A stretch of DNA of 64,000 nt from Oceanispirochaeta sp. (GTDB taxonomy: Bacteria > Spirochaetota > Spirochaetia > DSM-2461): assembly GCA_963663385.2 (NCBI GenBank), contig CAXXXD010000003.1:512001-576000 (forward strand), in the 5' to 3' direction. The notes beneath the pieces were generated by a model, which was given only the letters and a program-made list of their open reading frames with translations, was not told the DNA's origin and made no database searches. Made by a program: the position numbers and the translations under genes. Below, one piece after another: positions 48,771 through 59,154 of this stretch; the first letter of the stretch is position 1, and every line of letters starts with the position of its first letter.

Positions 48771-49751
48771 TTATCTTCCCGGATCGTAGAGGTAATCAAA
48801 ATATTCCATATCCGTAGTAAGTGTTTTTTCCAGAGAGGGCAGGATATTCTTGTAGGATTCCATGGACTTCCAGAAGTTGTAGAAGTCAGGATCCTGTCCG
48901 AATACTTCGGCATAGATCCTGGTGGCCTGGGCATCAGCCCGACCCTTGATCTCTTCCGATTCTGCATAGGCGCTGGATATAATGGATTTTTTCTCCCTCT
49001 CCAGTTTACCCATCCACTCGGCTTTCTGGCCTTCTCCGAAAGAACGGTAGGCCTGGGCAATCTGGTTCCTTTCCGAAATCATTCTGGCATAGACGGACTG
49101 GGTCAGATCATCGGAGTATCGTATCTGCCGGATAACAACATCAATTAGTTCAATACCGTACTGAGGGACGATGATCTGTGCTCTTTCAAGCACCTGATCT
49201 GAAATTTTTCTTCGTCCCATATTGATTTTGGGAAAGGTTGAACCGGTTGTAAAAGAGAAATTGGGGCCCCCCTCTGTTTCTTCAGAAACCAGTTGAGCTG
49301 CCTGATCTTCCTGAGACGCCGTTATTATCTGATCACTGCTTCTTACTGATTCCGCTAATGGATTCTGGGCAATAATGGTTCTTACAGCCGAATCAATAAC
49401 ATCATCCAGTCTGGCATAAGCCTGATTCATGCTTGTCACGGACTCGTAGAATTTAGCCGGATCGTTAATCTTCCACCGTGCTGTAGTATCCACCCAGATA
49501 AACTGATTTTCGGAAGTGGGAAGCCGCTGGGGGTCTCCATCCCAGGAAAGGATACGGCTTGAATAACGGCTTATGTTATCCACAAAGGGCATACGGATTT
49601 TCAAACCGGCATCCGTTTCCGTCTTTACAATTTTACCAAAGCGGGTTACAACCGCCTGTTCCCCTTCGGGGACAATGTAGAATGGGCCCAGGAATGCCAC
49701 CAGGGCAATCAGGACAAGAATAATAACTAGAAGCCTGACGCTTTTGTTCAT
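48771..49751 (-). CDS. hflC: FtsH modulator HflC
   Basis: SPFH domain, VVTRFGK, VYARMISER, FYNFWKSMESY; 4-nt overlap with hflK. Confidence 0.94.
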   Translation of the reverse strand: MNKSVRLLVIILVLIALVAFLGPFYIVPEGEQAVVTRFGKIVKTETDAGLKIRMPFVDNISRYSSRILSWDGDPQRLPTSENQFIWVDTTARWKINDPAKFYESVTSMNQAYARLDDVIDSAVRTIIAQNPLAESVRSSDQIITASQEDQAAQLVSEETEGGPNFSFTTGSTFPKINMGRRKISDQVLERAQIIVPQYGIELIDVVIRQIRYSDDLTQSVYARMISERNQIAQAYRSFGEGQKAEWMGKLEREKKSIISSAYAESEEIKGRADAQATRIYAEVFGQDPDFYNFWKSMESYKNILPSLEKTLTTDMEYFDYLYDPGR

Positions 49752-50734
49752 TGAACACCTCCTGCCTGACCTATCGATTTAAAGGGCAGGAAATTTTCCA
49801 GGTTCTTATCCAGGATATCAACCGTACCCTTCTGTCCAAAAACCTCTTCGATCATTTCATAATAGAGCCGGTCCCTCGTGACGGAAGGACTCTTTTTATA
49901 TTCTTCAAGAACAGATGCAAACCGCGCTGTATCTCCGTTCGCCCGGTTAACCCGTTCTGTGGCATAACCTTCGGCAATCTGGATTATCTGCTGTTTCTGA
50001 CCGGTAGCTTTGGGAATCTCCGTATTGTAGGCTTCCTTTCCTTCATTGATCAGACGATTCATATCCTGAATGGCTTTATTAACGTCTTCGAAAGCATCCT
50101 GAACTTCTCCCTCAGGAGGAACGATATTCTGCAATTTGACTGTTGTCAGCTGGATCCCGAGACCGTAGTTGTCCAGAATTTTCTGTATCATCTGAATGCT
50201 CTCATCTTCAATGTTGGTTCTCTCTGAACCGATAACGTTAAGAATCGCCCTGTCACCAACAAGCTGATTCACAGCAGACTGGGAAATATCCCGTATGGTT
50301 TTTTCCTTGTTGTTGACATTAAAGAGCCAGGCATTCGGATCGACAATCCTGTACTGAATAATCCAGGATACATCCACGATATTCAGATCTCCCGTCAGCA
50401 TTACAGACTCATTGGAAAAATCCTTTTGCGAGTAGATAGTCTGAATTCCGGCACTGTCTGTCCTGAAACCAAACTGCATGGTCTGAATAACTTTAGTTGG
50501 TACTTTATAGACCCTTTCGATACCGAGGGGCAGTTTATACTGCAGACCGGGACCAGTGGTCCGGCTGTAACGTCCCAGGGTGAGAACGACGGCTTCTTCC
50601 GTCTGATCCACTACATATACTCCGCTCAGAATACTGAGAGCAATGACAATTACGATCAAAGCTGTCCAAATAAACGATGGCTTCATATTCAGATTTATCT
50701 TTCCCTTTTGCGGAGAGACATCTCTTTCAGGCAT
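49748..50734 (-). CDS. hflK: FtsH modulator HflK
   Basis: MLTGDLNIV, VQDAFEDVNKA, ANGDTARF, VTRDRLYYE. Confidence 0.95.
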   Translation of the reverse strand: MPERDVSPQKGKINLNMKPSFIWTALIVIVIALSILSGVYVVDQTEEAVVLTLGRYSRTTGPGLQYKLPLGIERVYKVPTKVIQTMQFGFRTDSAGIQTIYSQKDFSNESVMLTGDLNIVDVSWIIQYRIVDPNAWLFNVNNKEKTIRDISQSAVNQLVGDRAILNVIGSERTNIEDESIQMIQKILDNYGLGIQLTTVKLQNIVPPEGEVQDAFEDVNKAIQDMNRLINEGKEAYNTEIPKATGQKQQIIQIAEGYATERVNRANGDTARFASVLEEYKKSPSVTRDRLYYEMIEEVFGQKGTVDILDKNLENFLPFKSIGQAGGVQ

Positions 50735-50980
50735 AGCTCACCTCCATTTTCAAATTTTACAGGTAGTATAAAAGAATCTCTGTTTAAAAGAAACAATTCT
50801 TTTTCTTACCATTCATTAAACTTACAAAACCCTATGGGATGGGTCAAGTTAAATCCGGATTATGAACGGGTTGTTCGAATTTGCCGGGGCTGTTTGATTT
50901 ATGTTCGTACCCCGGTTCCTTCATTCAGGCGTAATTCTTTTTATAATGGTATAATAAAGGTAGAAGACAGGAGGAGCACT

Positions 50981-51193
50981 ATGGTAAATGAAGTGTTAAT
51001 TCTCATATCAGGAACTGTATGTCTGCTCTTCTCAGTCAATTTTCTGTTTATTGTTCCCGGAAAATTGAAGATTTCAGAAAGTCTCCCTGATGAAGAGAAA
51101 AAAAGAAAAACATCCCTCAGCCGTTTTACGGGATTATTACTGCTTTCTGCAGGAATTGTGTTATATATGATTTACGCCGTCCTGTTTCTGTAA
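50981..51193 (+). CDS. Small 2-TM hypothetical protein (70 aa)
   Basis: AGGAGGAG RBS before ATG 50981; two hydrophobic helices flanking a charged loop. Confidence 0.7.
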   Translation: MVNEVLILISGTVCLLFSVNFLFIVPGKLKISESLPDEEKKRKTSLSRFTGLLLLSAGIVLYMIYAVLFL

Positions 51194-51242
51194 GCTTTAC
51201 CGGTAGAGATCTGCCTGTGGGTAATGGCATTCTCCTCTCATC

Positions 51243-51271
51243 TTGACAATATACAGGCCTGAAACTATGAT
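51243..51271 (+). promoter_or_regulatory. Sigma70-type promoter of metG
   Basis: TTGACA-N17-TATGAT. Confidence 0.75.
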
Positions 51272-51347
51272 ATTCCAAGGCTTCAACGACGTATGCTCAA
51301 GGCGTATCGCCGATCCTATAAATCATTTCAATACAAGAGGTTTTGCC

Positions 51348-53510
51348 GTGAAAAAAAGACTCGTAACTTCTGCCTTACCCTATGTAAATAATATCCCCCA
51401 TCTGGGAAATATCATACAGGTTCTTTCTGCCGATGTATTTGCCCGTTTCTGCCGCCAGGCAGGCTATGAAACCCTTTATGTATGCGGTACCGATGAATAT
51501 GGCACCGCAACCGAGACTAAAGCCCTGGAAGAGGGCGTTTCTCCCCGTGAACTCTGTGACCGTTTTAACAGGATTCACACAGAAATCTATCAGTGGTTCA
51601 ATATCAACTTTGATTACTTTGGACGGACATCCACTCCACAGCAGACAGAAATTGTTCAGCACCTTTTCAGGAAAGTGGATGAAGCGGGGCTGATTAACGA
51701 AAAAACCATAGAACAGCTCTACTGCAACAGCTGTGAACGTTTTCTGGCCGACCGCTATGTTGAAGGGACCTGCCCCCATTGCGGCAGTGAAAATGCCCGG
51801 GGAGATCAGTGTGAAGACTGCGGTAAACTCCTGGAACCCACTGAACTTGTCAATCCACGCTGCGGAACCTGCGGAGCCACCCCCGAAATAAAGAGTACAA
51901 AGCATCTTTATATAGATCTGCCTGCGGTTCTTCCCAGGCTGGAAGCCTGGATGGAAAAAGCTTCCGTCGACGGTTTCTGGGCCAAAAATGCGGTTCAGAT
52001 GACAAAAAGCTGGATCCGGGACGGTTTGAAAGAGCGCGCTATCACCCGTGACCTGAAATGGGGAATACCCGTTCCCAGGGAAGGTTATGAAGACAAGGTT
52101 TTCTATGTCTGGTTTGATGCTCCCATTGGTTATATTTCCATTTCGTCCTGTCATACGGACAACTGGAAGGACTGGTGGCAGGATCCCGATAATACAGAGC
52201 TTTTTCAGTTTATTGGAAAAGACAATATTCCCTTCCACACGGTTATTTTCCCGTCCACACTGCTGGGGAGCGGAGAAAACTGGACCATGCTCCATCACAT
52301 GTCTTCCAGTGAATACCTGAATTACGAAAACACAAAGTTCTCCAAAAGCAAGGGAATCGGTGTTTTTGGCAACGACTGTCAGGATACGGGAATTCCTGCC
52401 GATGTATGGCGTTTCTATATTTTCTACAATAGACCCGAAAAGTCGGATACCCAGTTTACATGGTCCGACTTTCAGGAAAAGGTTAATTCCGAACTCATTG
52501 GCAACCTGGGTAACCTTGTAAACCGGACCCTGACCTTTACCAGCCGCTTCTTTGACGGCAAGGTGCCCGAAGGGAAGGTTGACGAAGCTTTCTGGGCTGA
52601 AGTAAAAGCCAGGGAGAAGGATATTACCGAACGCCTGGACCGGGCAGAACTCAGGGATGCTTTTAAAGAGATGCTTCAGCTGAGTTCTCTGGGCAACAAA
52701 GCCTTTCAGGAGGGGGAACCCTGGCGTACCCGTAAAGACGATCCCGAGGCTGCGGGGTCTCTGCTGATGAATCTGATCTATCTGGTAAGGGACCTGGCGA
52801 TTCTTGTTCATCCCTACATTCCCGAGACTGCTGAAAAAATGGCGGCCCAGCTTGGTTTGAGCGACCTTAAATGGGAACACCTTGGACAGATGGAGGGAAT
52901 CGGAACCATCGGCAATCCGGAAATCCTCTTTCAGAAACTGGAAGATGAGCTGATAGAAGAGCTGAGAATCCGTTATTCCGGCAGTCAGGCCGACCGTGCG
53001 GCAGCCGAAGCGGAATCCTCTGCAGAATCTGAATTCCGCAGCACCATAGATCTTCGGGTTGCCAATATTGTGAAAGCCGAACAGCACCCCGATGCGGAAA
53101 AGCTCTATGTGATTACCCTTGATGCGGGAGAAGAGGAACACCGGACTATCTGCAGCGGTCTGGTCGGACACTACACCATTGACGAACTGAACGGCAGGAA
53201 TATTATTCTGGCTTACAACCTGAAACCGGCCAAGCTCCGTGGAATCAAATCCAACGGAATGCTTCTGGCAGCGGAAAACAAAAAGGATATGGAAGTGATT
53301 TTCCCTGCAAATGGAAAACCCGGCGACCGTGTTCTTCTGAATGGAGATGCCCCCGATACGGACGCTCCTTCCAAAAAGATTAAAATCGACCGTTTCTTTG
53401 AGATTCCCATTAAAGTGGAGGGGTATGAAGTAAAGGTCGGGGGAACAGCCCTGACCATTAACGGAGATGTCGTTAAAACCAGCCGGGTTGAAGCCGGTGA
53501 AGTAGGCTGA
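51348..53510 (+). CDS. metG: Methionine--tRNA ligase with C-terminal tRNA-binding domain
   Basis: TSALPYVNNIPHLGN, GTDEYG, zinc knuckles, YVWFDA, KFSKS, Trbp111-like tail; GTG start at 51348 after GAGG. Confidence 0.98.
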   Translation: MKKRLVTSALPYVNNIPHLGNIIQVLSADVFARFCRQAGYETLYVCGTDEYGTATETKALEEGVSPRELCDRFNRIHTEIYQWFNINFDYFGRTSTPQQTEIVQHLFRKVDEAGLINEKTIEQLYCNSCERFLADRYVEGTCPHCGSENARGDQCEDCGKLLEPTELVNPRCGTCGATPEIKSTKHLYIDLPAVLPRLEAWMEKASVDGFWAKNAVQMTKSWIRDGLKERAITRDLKWGIPVPREGYEDKVFYVWFDAPIGYISISSCHTDNWKDWWQDPDNTELFQFIGKDNIPFHTVIFPSTLLGSGENWTMLHHMSSSEYLNYENTKFSKSKGIGVFGNDCQDTGIPADVWRFYIFYNRPEKSDTQFTWSDFQEKVNSELIGNLGNLVNRTLTFTSRFFDGKVPEGKVDEAFWAEVKAREKDITERLDRAELRDAFKEMLQLSSLGNKAFQEGEPWRTRKDDPEAAGSLLMNLIYLVRDLAILVHPYIPETAEKMAAQLGLSDLKWEHLGQMEGIGTIGNPEILFQKLEDELIEELRIRYSGSQADRAAAEAESSAESEFRSTIDLRVANIVKAEQHPDAEKLYVITLDAGEEEHRTICSGLVGHYTIDELNGRNIILAYNLKPAKLRGIKSNGMLLAAENKKDMEVIFPANGKPGDRVLLNGDAPDTDAPSKKIKIDRFFEIPIKVEGYEVKVGGTALTINGDVVKTSRVEAGEVG

Positions 53511-53513
53511 TCT

Positions 53514-54551
53514 TTGGCCGATCGCGTAATAGCCGAGCGTTGTGAACTCTCGGCCCTTCAATCTGACTCTCTCTATAATGGTTTTCTTCAAACCCCCTTC
53601 TGGGCCCGCCAGAAGGCAGCTTTCGGCTGGAAGGCCGAGGCGGTCAAATGGCGGCAGGGCGAGGAGCGAGGGGTTCTTCTCGTATTGATAAAAAAACTCC
53701 CCGCCGGACTGGCTTTTGCCTATATCCCCGGTGCTCCTTCGCTGGATACGGCAGCAGAAGACCGAAAAGGTTTTCTGGAGGCTCTTTCCCGTGAACTCCG
53801 GGGGGTATTGCCTCTCGGGTGTTTCTTTATCCGTTACGATATGCCGGATTTTTCCACGGAAGAAGATGTTCTGCCGGATTTTCGGGATGTTTTGAAAAAA
53901 GCGCCCATGGATATTCAGCCCCCGGATACGGTCGTTTTAAACCTCAGGGAGGGATATGAAGCCCTGCTGCCGGGGATGCATAAGAAAACCCGTTACAATA
54001 TCCGTCTTTCTGAAAAGAAAGGGGTAAGAGTCGAAACGGCCGGGATAGAAAAACTGCAGGACTGGTATGAACTGAATAAAGTTACTGTAGAGCGGGACAG
54101 GATAGCCCTCCGTCCCTACAGGTACTATGAGCGATTGTTCCGGGAACTGGAGGGAGAGGACGCGCAGCTGACCCTCTACCTGGCCTATCATGGGGAAGAA
54201 CTTCTGGCTGGGATTATTGTTCTGTTCAATCAAAAGGAAGCCGTGTATCTGTACGGGGCCTCCTCCAATAACAAACGGAATCTGATGCCCGCCTATGCCC
54301 TTCAGGCACGGGCTATCCGGGATGCTGCTGATGCCGGTTGTGAAGAGTATGATCTCTACGGTTGTCCTCCCTCTGCCGATCCGGACCATCCTATGGCAGG
54401 GTTGTTCCGTTTTAAAACCGGTTTCGGAGGAGAACTGCGTCACCGGACCGGGGCCTGGGATTATCCATACAGCAGGTTGTTCTATGGCTTGTACCGGCTT
54501 ATGGAGGCGGGACGGCGCTGGTATCATAAAAGCTGGAAAAAAAGAGGGTAG
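53514..54551 (+). CDS. FemABX-family peptidoglycan interpeptide bridge aminoacyltransferase
   Basis: FLQTPFW, KKTRYNIRL, YLYGASS, YDLYG, GLFRFKTGFGG. Confidence 0.92.
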   Translation: MADRVIAERCELSALQSDSLYNGFLQTPFWARQKAAFGWKAEAVKWRQGEERGVLLVLIKKLPAGLAFAYIPGAPSLDTAAEDRKGFLEALSRELRGVLPLGCFFIRYDMPDFSTEEDVLPDFRDVLKKAPMDIQPPDTVVLNLREGYEALLPGMHKKTRYNIRLSEKKGVRVETAGIEKLQDWYELNKVTVERDRIALRPYRYYERLFRELEGEDAQLTLYLAYHGEELLAGIIVLFNQKEAVYLYGASSNNKRNLMPAYALQARAIRDAADAGCEEYDLYGCPPSADPDHPMAGLFRFKTGFGGELRHRTGAWDYPYSRLFYGLYRLMEAGRRWYHKSWKKRG

Positions 54552-54673
54552 GGGCCTCCGGAGACCCCCACTTGTCATACCTCCGGAAAAAATGCCAACA
54601 GGTATACTCATTTTCAGACTATAATTTATTCAAAACAAGCATTATACCTAATTGCTTTGAACAGGAGTGAATT

Positions 54674-56446
54674 ATGTCTGTAGAGAAAAAATCGCCCGTA
54701 CCCTCGGATCTGGATATTGCTCAGTCTGCCACCATACTTCCCATCGATAAGGTTGCCGGAAAATTCGGATTGCATAAGGATGATATCATTCCCTACGGAG
54801 ACACAAAGGCTAAAATCCGATTGTCCGCATTGGATCGGCTGGAAAAAGCCTGCTCCGGGAAAAAAGCAAAGTATATAGATGTTACAGCAATAACCCCAAC
54901 GCCTCTGGGCGAAGGGAAGACTACCACAACCGTTGGTCTGACCGAAGGATTGGCATACAACGGTTTTAAATCCCTCTGTGCCATACGACAGCCCTCAATG
55001 GGCCCGACATTCGGAATCAAGGGCGGCGCCGCAGGAGGCGGATACAGTCAGGTTGTACCCATGGAGGAGTTTAATCTTCATCTGACAGGAGATCTCCACG
55101 CTGTCAGTGCCGCCCATAATCTGGGGGCGGCTGCGGTGGATGCCCGTATTTATCACGAAGGAAGGTGGAGCGATGCCTTTCTGGCCAGGCAGGGACTCTC
55201 CCGGCTTGATGCGGATCCCTACAACGTTCTGTGGCGTCGGGTGGTGGATATGAATGACAGATCCCTCCGGAATATAATGACCGGGCTGGGTGAGCTGGGA
55301 GACGGCCCGATCCGGCAGTCGGGGTTCGATATTACAGTGGCAAGTGAACTCATGGCTATCCTGGCCCTTTCCACAAGTCTGAAGGATATGCGAGAGCGGA
55401 TCGGCCGTATGGTAATGGCCATGGATAAAAAGGGAAACCCTCTTACGGCGGAGGATTTCGGAGTAGCCGGAGCTATGGCTGTCCTTTTGAAGGATGCCCT
55501 TATGCCGAATCTGATGCAGACCATGGAAGAACAGGGCGCACTTGTCCATACAGGCCCCTTTGCCAATATCGCTCACGGGAACTCTTCGGTGATTGCAGAC
55601 TATCTTGGAATGAAAATGGGTGACTATCTGGTGACTGAATCCGGGTTCGGTTCCGATGTGGGGATGGAAAAATTCTTTCATATCAAGTGCCGGACGTCCG
55701 GTCTGGTCCCCGATGCGGTTGTTATGGTGGCTACTGTAAGGGCCCTGAAAATGCATGGAGGCGGTCCTGCTGTCAACCCGGGTAAACCTCTGGATCCTGT
55801 CTATAAAGAAAAGAACATCGACCTGTTGAAGAAAGGCTGCGGTAATCTTGCAGTGCATATCAAAAATACCCGGAAGTTCGGTGTTCCGGTTGTGGTTGCC
55901 ATAAATGTTTTTCCCACGGATGATCCGCAGGAATGGGATATTATCCGGGCAGCCGCTCTCGAAGCGGGCGCTGTCGACGCGGTTGTGTCCCGTCACTGGG
56001 AGAAGGGGGGAGAAGGCGCTTCCGAACTGGCGAAGGTTGTGGAAAAGGCTGCCGATGAACCGTCGGAGTTCCGTTACCTCTATGAACTGGATATGCCTGT
56101 GACAGAGAAAATTGAAATCCTGGCCAGAGAAGTATATGGTGCGGGAGGGGTTGAGTTTACCCGTGAAGCAAGGAAAAACCTGGACCGTTTTGAAGGAATG
56201 GGCTTTGGAAATCTTCCTGTCTGTATGGCTAAAACCCAGTACTCCCTGAGTCATGATCCCCTGGTTAAAAATGTTCCTCAACCGGGGTATATCTTTCCTG
56301 TTCAGGACATACGTGTCAGTGCGGGTGCCGGGTTTATCTACCCTCTGGCAGGAGACATTCGAACCATGCCGGGGCTGGGAAGCAAGCCTGCCTTTATGAA
56401 TATGGATATCGATCCCGAAACCGGCAGAATAACCGGCCTGTTTTAA
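54674..56446 (+). CDS. fhs: Formate--tetrahydrofolate ligase
   Basis: TPTPLGEGKTTT, GIKGGAAGGGYSQV, GPFANIAHG, VATVRALKMHGG, TMPGL. Confidence 0.98.
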   Translation: MSVEKKSPVPSDLDIAQSATILPIDKVAGKFGLHKDDIIPYGDTKAKIRLSALDRLEKACSGKKAKYIDVTAITPTPLGEGKTTTTVGLTEGLAYNGFKSLCAIRQPSMGPTFGIKGGAAGGGYSQVVPMEEFNLHLTGDLHAVSAAHNLGAAAVDARIYHEGRWSDAFLARQGLSRLDADPYNVLWRRVVDMNDRSLRNIMTGLGELGDGPIRQSGFDITVASELMAILALSTSLKDMRERIGRMVMAMDKKGNPLTAEDFGVAGAMAVLLKDALMPNLMQTMEEQGALVHTGPFANIAHGNSSVIADYLGMKMGDYLVTESGFGSDVGMEKFFHIKCRTSGLVPDAVVMVATVRALKMHGGGPAVNPGKPLDPVYKEKNIDLLKKGCGNLAVHIKNTRKFGVPVVVAINVFPTDDPQEWDIIRAAALEAGAVDAVVSRHWEKGGEGASELAKVVEKAADEPSEFRYLYELDMPVTEKIEILAREVYGAGGVEFTREARKNLDRFEGMGFGNLPVCMAKTQYSLSHDPLVKNVPQPGYIFPVQDIRVSAGAGFIYPLAGDIRTMPGLGSKPAFMNMDIDPETGRITGLF

Positions 56447-56448
56447 AA

Positions 56449-56606
56449 CACTCTCAATCTCCCCTCATGGGGTGAGGTTGTTTGATACAATTTTTTTTCC
56501 GAACTTCTGGTCTTAAGTTCTCTATATAGAGTGAAAAGCAAGACGTTCTCCCCTCCTGTGGAGGGGCTGGGGGAGGTGCAGGTGATTGAGCGAAGCCGAA
56601 ATCACC
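56449..56606. repeat. REP-like palindromic elements in the convergent fhs/trmL gap
   Basis: CTCCCCTCCTGTGGAGGGGCTGGGGGAGG (56548-56576), a degenerate mirror copy at about 56451-56477, and GGTGATT-GAGCGAAGCCGA-AATCACC (56581-56606). Confidence 0.55.
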
Positions 56607-57096
56607 ATTTGAGGCGGTGTAGCTGTCCCTCCGTCTCCAATCCCCTGAACTCCCTCTGTTTCAGGGCTTCGTAGCAGACTATGGCTGCTGCATTGGATAG
56701 ATTCAGGGAGCGTATATCCTCTTTCATGGGAATACGGATACAGGTCTCGGGGTTTTTTTTAAGCAGTTCTTCCGGGAGCCCCGAAGACTCTTTTCCGAAA
56801 ATGATATAGCTGTTGGGCGGGTATACGACATCCGCATAGGTGCGGCGGGCCTTGGTTGAGCAGTAAAAGAAATTCCCGTTGCTGTTCTGATGTAAAAAGT
56901 CTTCCAGACTGGTATAGACAAACAGAGTCAGTTTATCCCAATAGTCCAGTCCGGCCCGTCGGACAGATTTCTCATCGATCGAGAAACCCAGGGGCTCAAT
57001 TAGGTGGAGGGCTGTCCCTGTGGCAGCGCATGTTCGGGCAATATTCCCCGTATTCTGTGGTATTTCCGGTTCATGAAGAACGATATTCAAACCCAT
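56602..57096 (-). CDS. trmL: tRNA (cytidine/uridine-2'-O)-methyltransferase TrmL
   Basis: PEIPQNTGNIARTC, RRAGLDYW, FGKESSGLP, RSLNLSN. Confidence 0.97.
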   Translation of the reverse strand: MGLNIVLHEPEIPQNTGNIARTCAATGTALHLIEPLGFSIDEKSVRRAGLDYWDKLTLFVYTSLEDFLHQNSNGNFFYCSTKARRTYADVVYPPNSYIIFGKESSGLPEELLKKNPETCIRIPMKEDIRSLNLSNAAAIVCYEALKQREFRGLETEGQLHRLKW

Positions 57097-57105
57097 GAAT
57101 CCCTC

Positions 57106-59154
57106 CTATAATTGTGCCAGTTTCTGAATATTGAGAATAGCCGGTATGGACCGTATATTTTTAGCAATTTTCTTGAAATCGTCGGTTCTGTTCATCTCGA
57201 CCGTAAAGAACCCTTCCAGGTCCCCCCTGTCTGTCTCATTGATGCTGCCCGAAATCAGGTGTCCCTGGTATTTACGGATAGCTCCCTCTATTTCAGAAAA
57301 TAGATCGGGAACATTGTGGGCCATAACCCGGAATCGCTGGGTAGCCCTGCTGGAATAACTTTCCCATGCCACATCGATTTTCCGTATTTCAAAGTCATTG
57401 ATCCCCTTCAGGTTGCTGCAGTCGGAGCGGTGTACGATAATGCCCCTGCCGCGGGAAATAAAACCGATAATGTCGTCGCCGGGGGTAGGGTTGCAGCACT
57501 GGGCCAGGCGAATCATGATATTCCTTTCATGGTTGATGCTGACCCCGACCTTGGTGGTATCAATCATCTTGTTCTGAACAGCCTTTTCTTCAGAAAACTG
57601 TACTTTTTTCTGTTCAGACGGACCTGTCTCAGTATTCTGGGACGAGTGATGTTTTTTGGCAACAACATGGCGGTCTATTATCAGATCGTTGTCATGCTTG
57701 TTAAGCCAGTTCCGTATCTTTGAACGGGCTCTCGTTGTTTTGACAAAGCGGAGCCAGTTCAGATGGGGGTGTGCATTGGGAGAAGTTTGTATGGAAACAG
57801 TCTGAGTGTTCTTAAGGGGTTTATTCAGGGGAATAATGGAATCATCCGCTTTGGCGCTCAGGCAGTGATCTCCAACAGCCGTATGAATATGGTAGGCAAA
57901 ATCCACGGCGGTGGATCCCTGAGGCAGCTCGAATGTATCCCCCTCCGGTGTAAAAACAAAGATTGTATCCGAAAGAACATCCTCTTTCAGGCTGTTCATA
58001 AAATCACCCGATGTATAGGGTTCGCTGTTTATATCTTTGAGTTTCTGCAGAAGATTCTGATTGAAACTGTCCAGTTCAGAACCCTTTTTACCCTCTTTGT
58101 AAGCCCAGTGTGCCGCTATTCCGAATTCTGCGGTTTCATTCATTTCTACAGTGCGGATCTGTATTTCCAGGGGTTTTCCTATGCGGGTCATTACAGTCGT
58201 ATGAAGGCTCTTGTACCCATTCTCCTTGGGCATGGCAATATAGTCTTTGAAACGCCCGGCCAGCGGTTTGAACAGATGGTGTACCAACCCCAGAATGGTG
58301 TAGCACTCCTGCGGACTCTGGCAGAGAATACGGATCCCAAGAAAATCATAGATTTCGTCCAGTTCCTTACCCTTAGTCTTCATTTTCTGATAGATGGAAA
58401 AAAAGTGTTTGGCTCTGGTTTTTATCTGAATGGAAATTTTCTCTTCCTGGGAGGCTTCAACAATCTGCTTTTCCACGGCTTTAAGGAAGTCCGCGCGCTG
58501 CCCTTTCTTTTCACTCAGAAACGCTTTTATCTCATTGTATATATCGGGTTTCAGGAATTTGAGAGACAGATCTTCCAGTTCTGTTTTAATGGTATAGATT
58601 CCCAGTTTCCCCGCAAGGGGAGCATAGATATCGAGACACTCCCGGGCAATTCTTTTCTGCTTGTCCGGCCTCATATACTGCAGGGTATTCATGTTGTGGC
58701 GTTTATCCGCCAGTTTGATCAGGATAACCCGGATATCCTTATCCATGGCCAGGATCATTTTCCGGATGGTTTCTCTTTCCTGAACAGTTTTGTTCTTGAC
58801 GTTGACAATATTGATTTTTGTCACACCGTTTACCAGGTGTTCCACCTCTCTGCCGAAACGTTCATATATTTCCTGTCTGGTTGTGTCTGTATCCTCCAGA
58901 ATATCATGAAGAAGGGCTGCCGTAATGGCTGTGGCATCCAGCTGGAGCCCTATCAGAATTCTGGCAACATTGATAGGATGGATAATATAGGGTTCGCCGC
59001 TGGCTCTCTTCTGACCGGCATGAAGTGACTGGGCCCAGTAGGCAGCCTGCAGGATCTCCTCTTTTTCCTCTTTTGTATAATCTGTTAAGGTTTTCGAGAA
59101 GTTCTTGATGAGCTTTTCAATCTGATCTTCTGTAACCAGCTTCTGACTATTCAT
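57106..59154 (-). CDS. rel: Long RelA/SpoT homolog, bifunctional (p)ppGpp synthetase/hydrolase
   Basis: RASGEPYIIHP, LHDILED hydrolase motif, RFKDYIAMPK, YKSLHTT, EIQIRT, TGS and CCNP..GD motifs. Confidence 0.96.
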   Translation of the reverse strand: MNSQKLVTEDQIEKLIKNFSKTLTDYTKEEKEEILQAAYWAQSLHAGQKRASGEPYIIHPINVARILIGLQLDATAITAALLHDILEDTDTTRQEIYERFGREVEHLVNGVTKINIVNVKNKTVQERETIRKMILAMDKDIRVILIKLADKRHNMNTLQYMRPDKQKRIARECLDIYAPLAGKLGIYTIKTELEDLSLKFLKPDIYNEIKAFLSEKKGQRADFLKAVEKQIVEASQEEKISIQIKTRAKHFFSIYQKMKTKGKELDEIYDFLGIRILCQSPQECYTILGLVHHLFKPLAGRFKDYIAMPKENGYKSLHTTVMTRIGKPLEIQIRTVEMNETAEFGIAAHWAYKEGKKGSELDSFNQNLLQKLKDINSEPYTSGDFMNSLKEDVLSDTIFVFTPEGDTFELPQGSTAVDFAYHIHTAVGDHCLSAKADDSIIPLNKPLKNTQTVSIQTSPNAHPHLNWLRFVKTTRARSKIRNWLNKHDNDLIIDRHVVAKKHHSSQNTETGPSEQKKVQFSEEKAVQNKMIDTTKVGVSINHERNIMIRLAQCCNPTPGDDIIGFISRGRGIIVHRSDCSNLKGINDFEIRKIDVAWESYSSRATQRFRVMAHNVPDLFSEIEGAIRKYQGHLISGSINETDRGDLEGFFTVEMNRTDDFKKIAKNIRSIPAILNIQKLAQL

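Noticed and set aside
50426..50980. N-terminal 185 codons of the 255-aa ORF
   Set aside because: Overlaps hflK antisense and the promoter gap; the strong RBS supports a start at 50981.
51272..51347. T-box or SAM riboswitch before metG
   Set aside because: Leader is only about 70 nt and lacks the T-box or S-box consensus and a terminator.
51375..53591. 738-aa antisense ORF opposite metG
   Set aside because: It is in exact codon register with metG, so it stays open when the sense gene avoids TTA/CTA/TCA; no recognisable motifs.
54552..54673. THF or ZTP riboswitch upstream of fhs
   Set aside because: No consensus recognised; only a short GC hairpin after femX and a weak TTCAAA/TTTGAA inverted repeat.
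54995..59028. Long antisense ORFs over fhs (428 aa) and rel (421 aa)
   Set aside because: Same shadow-ORF effect on conserved housekeeping genes; translations have no family motifs.
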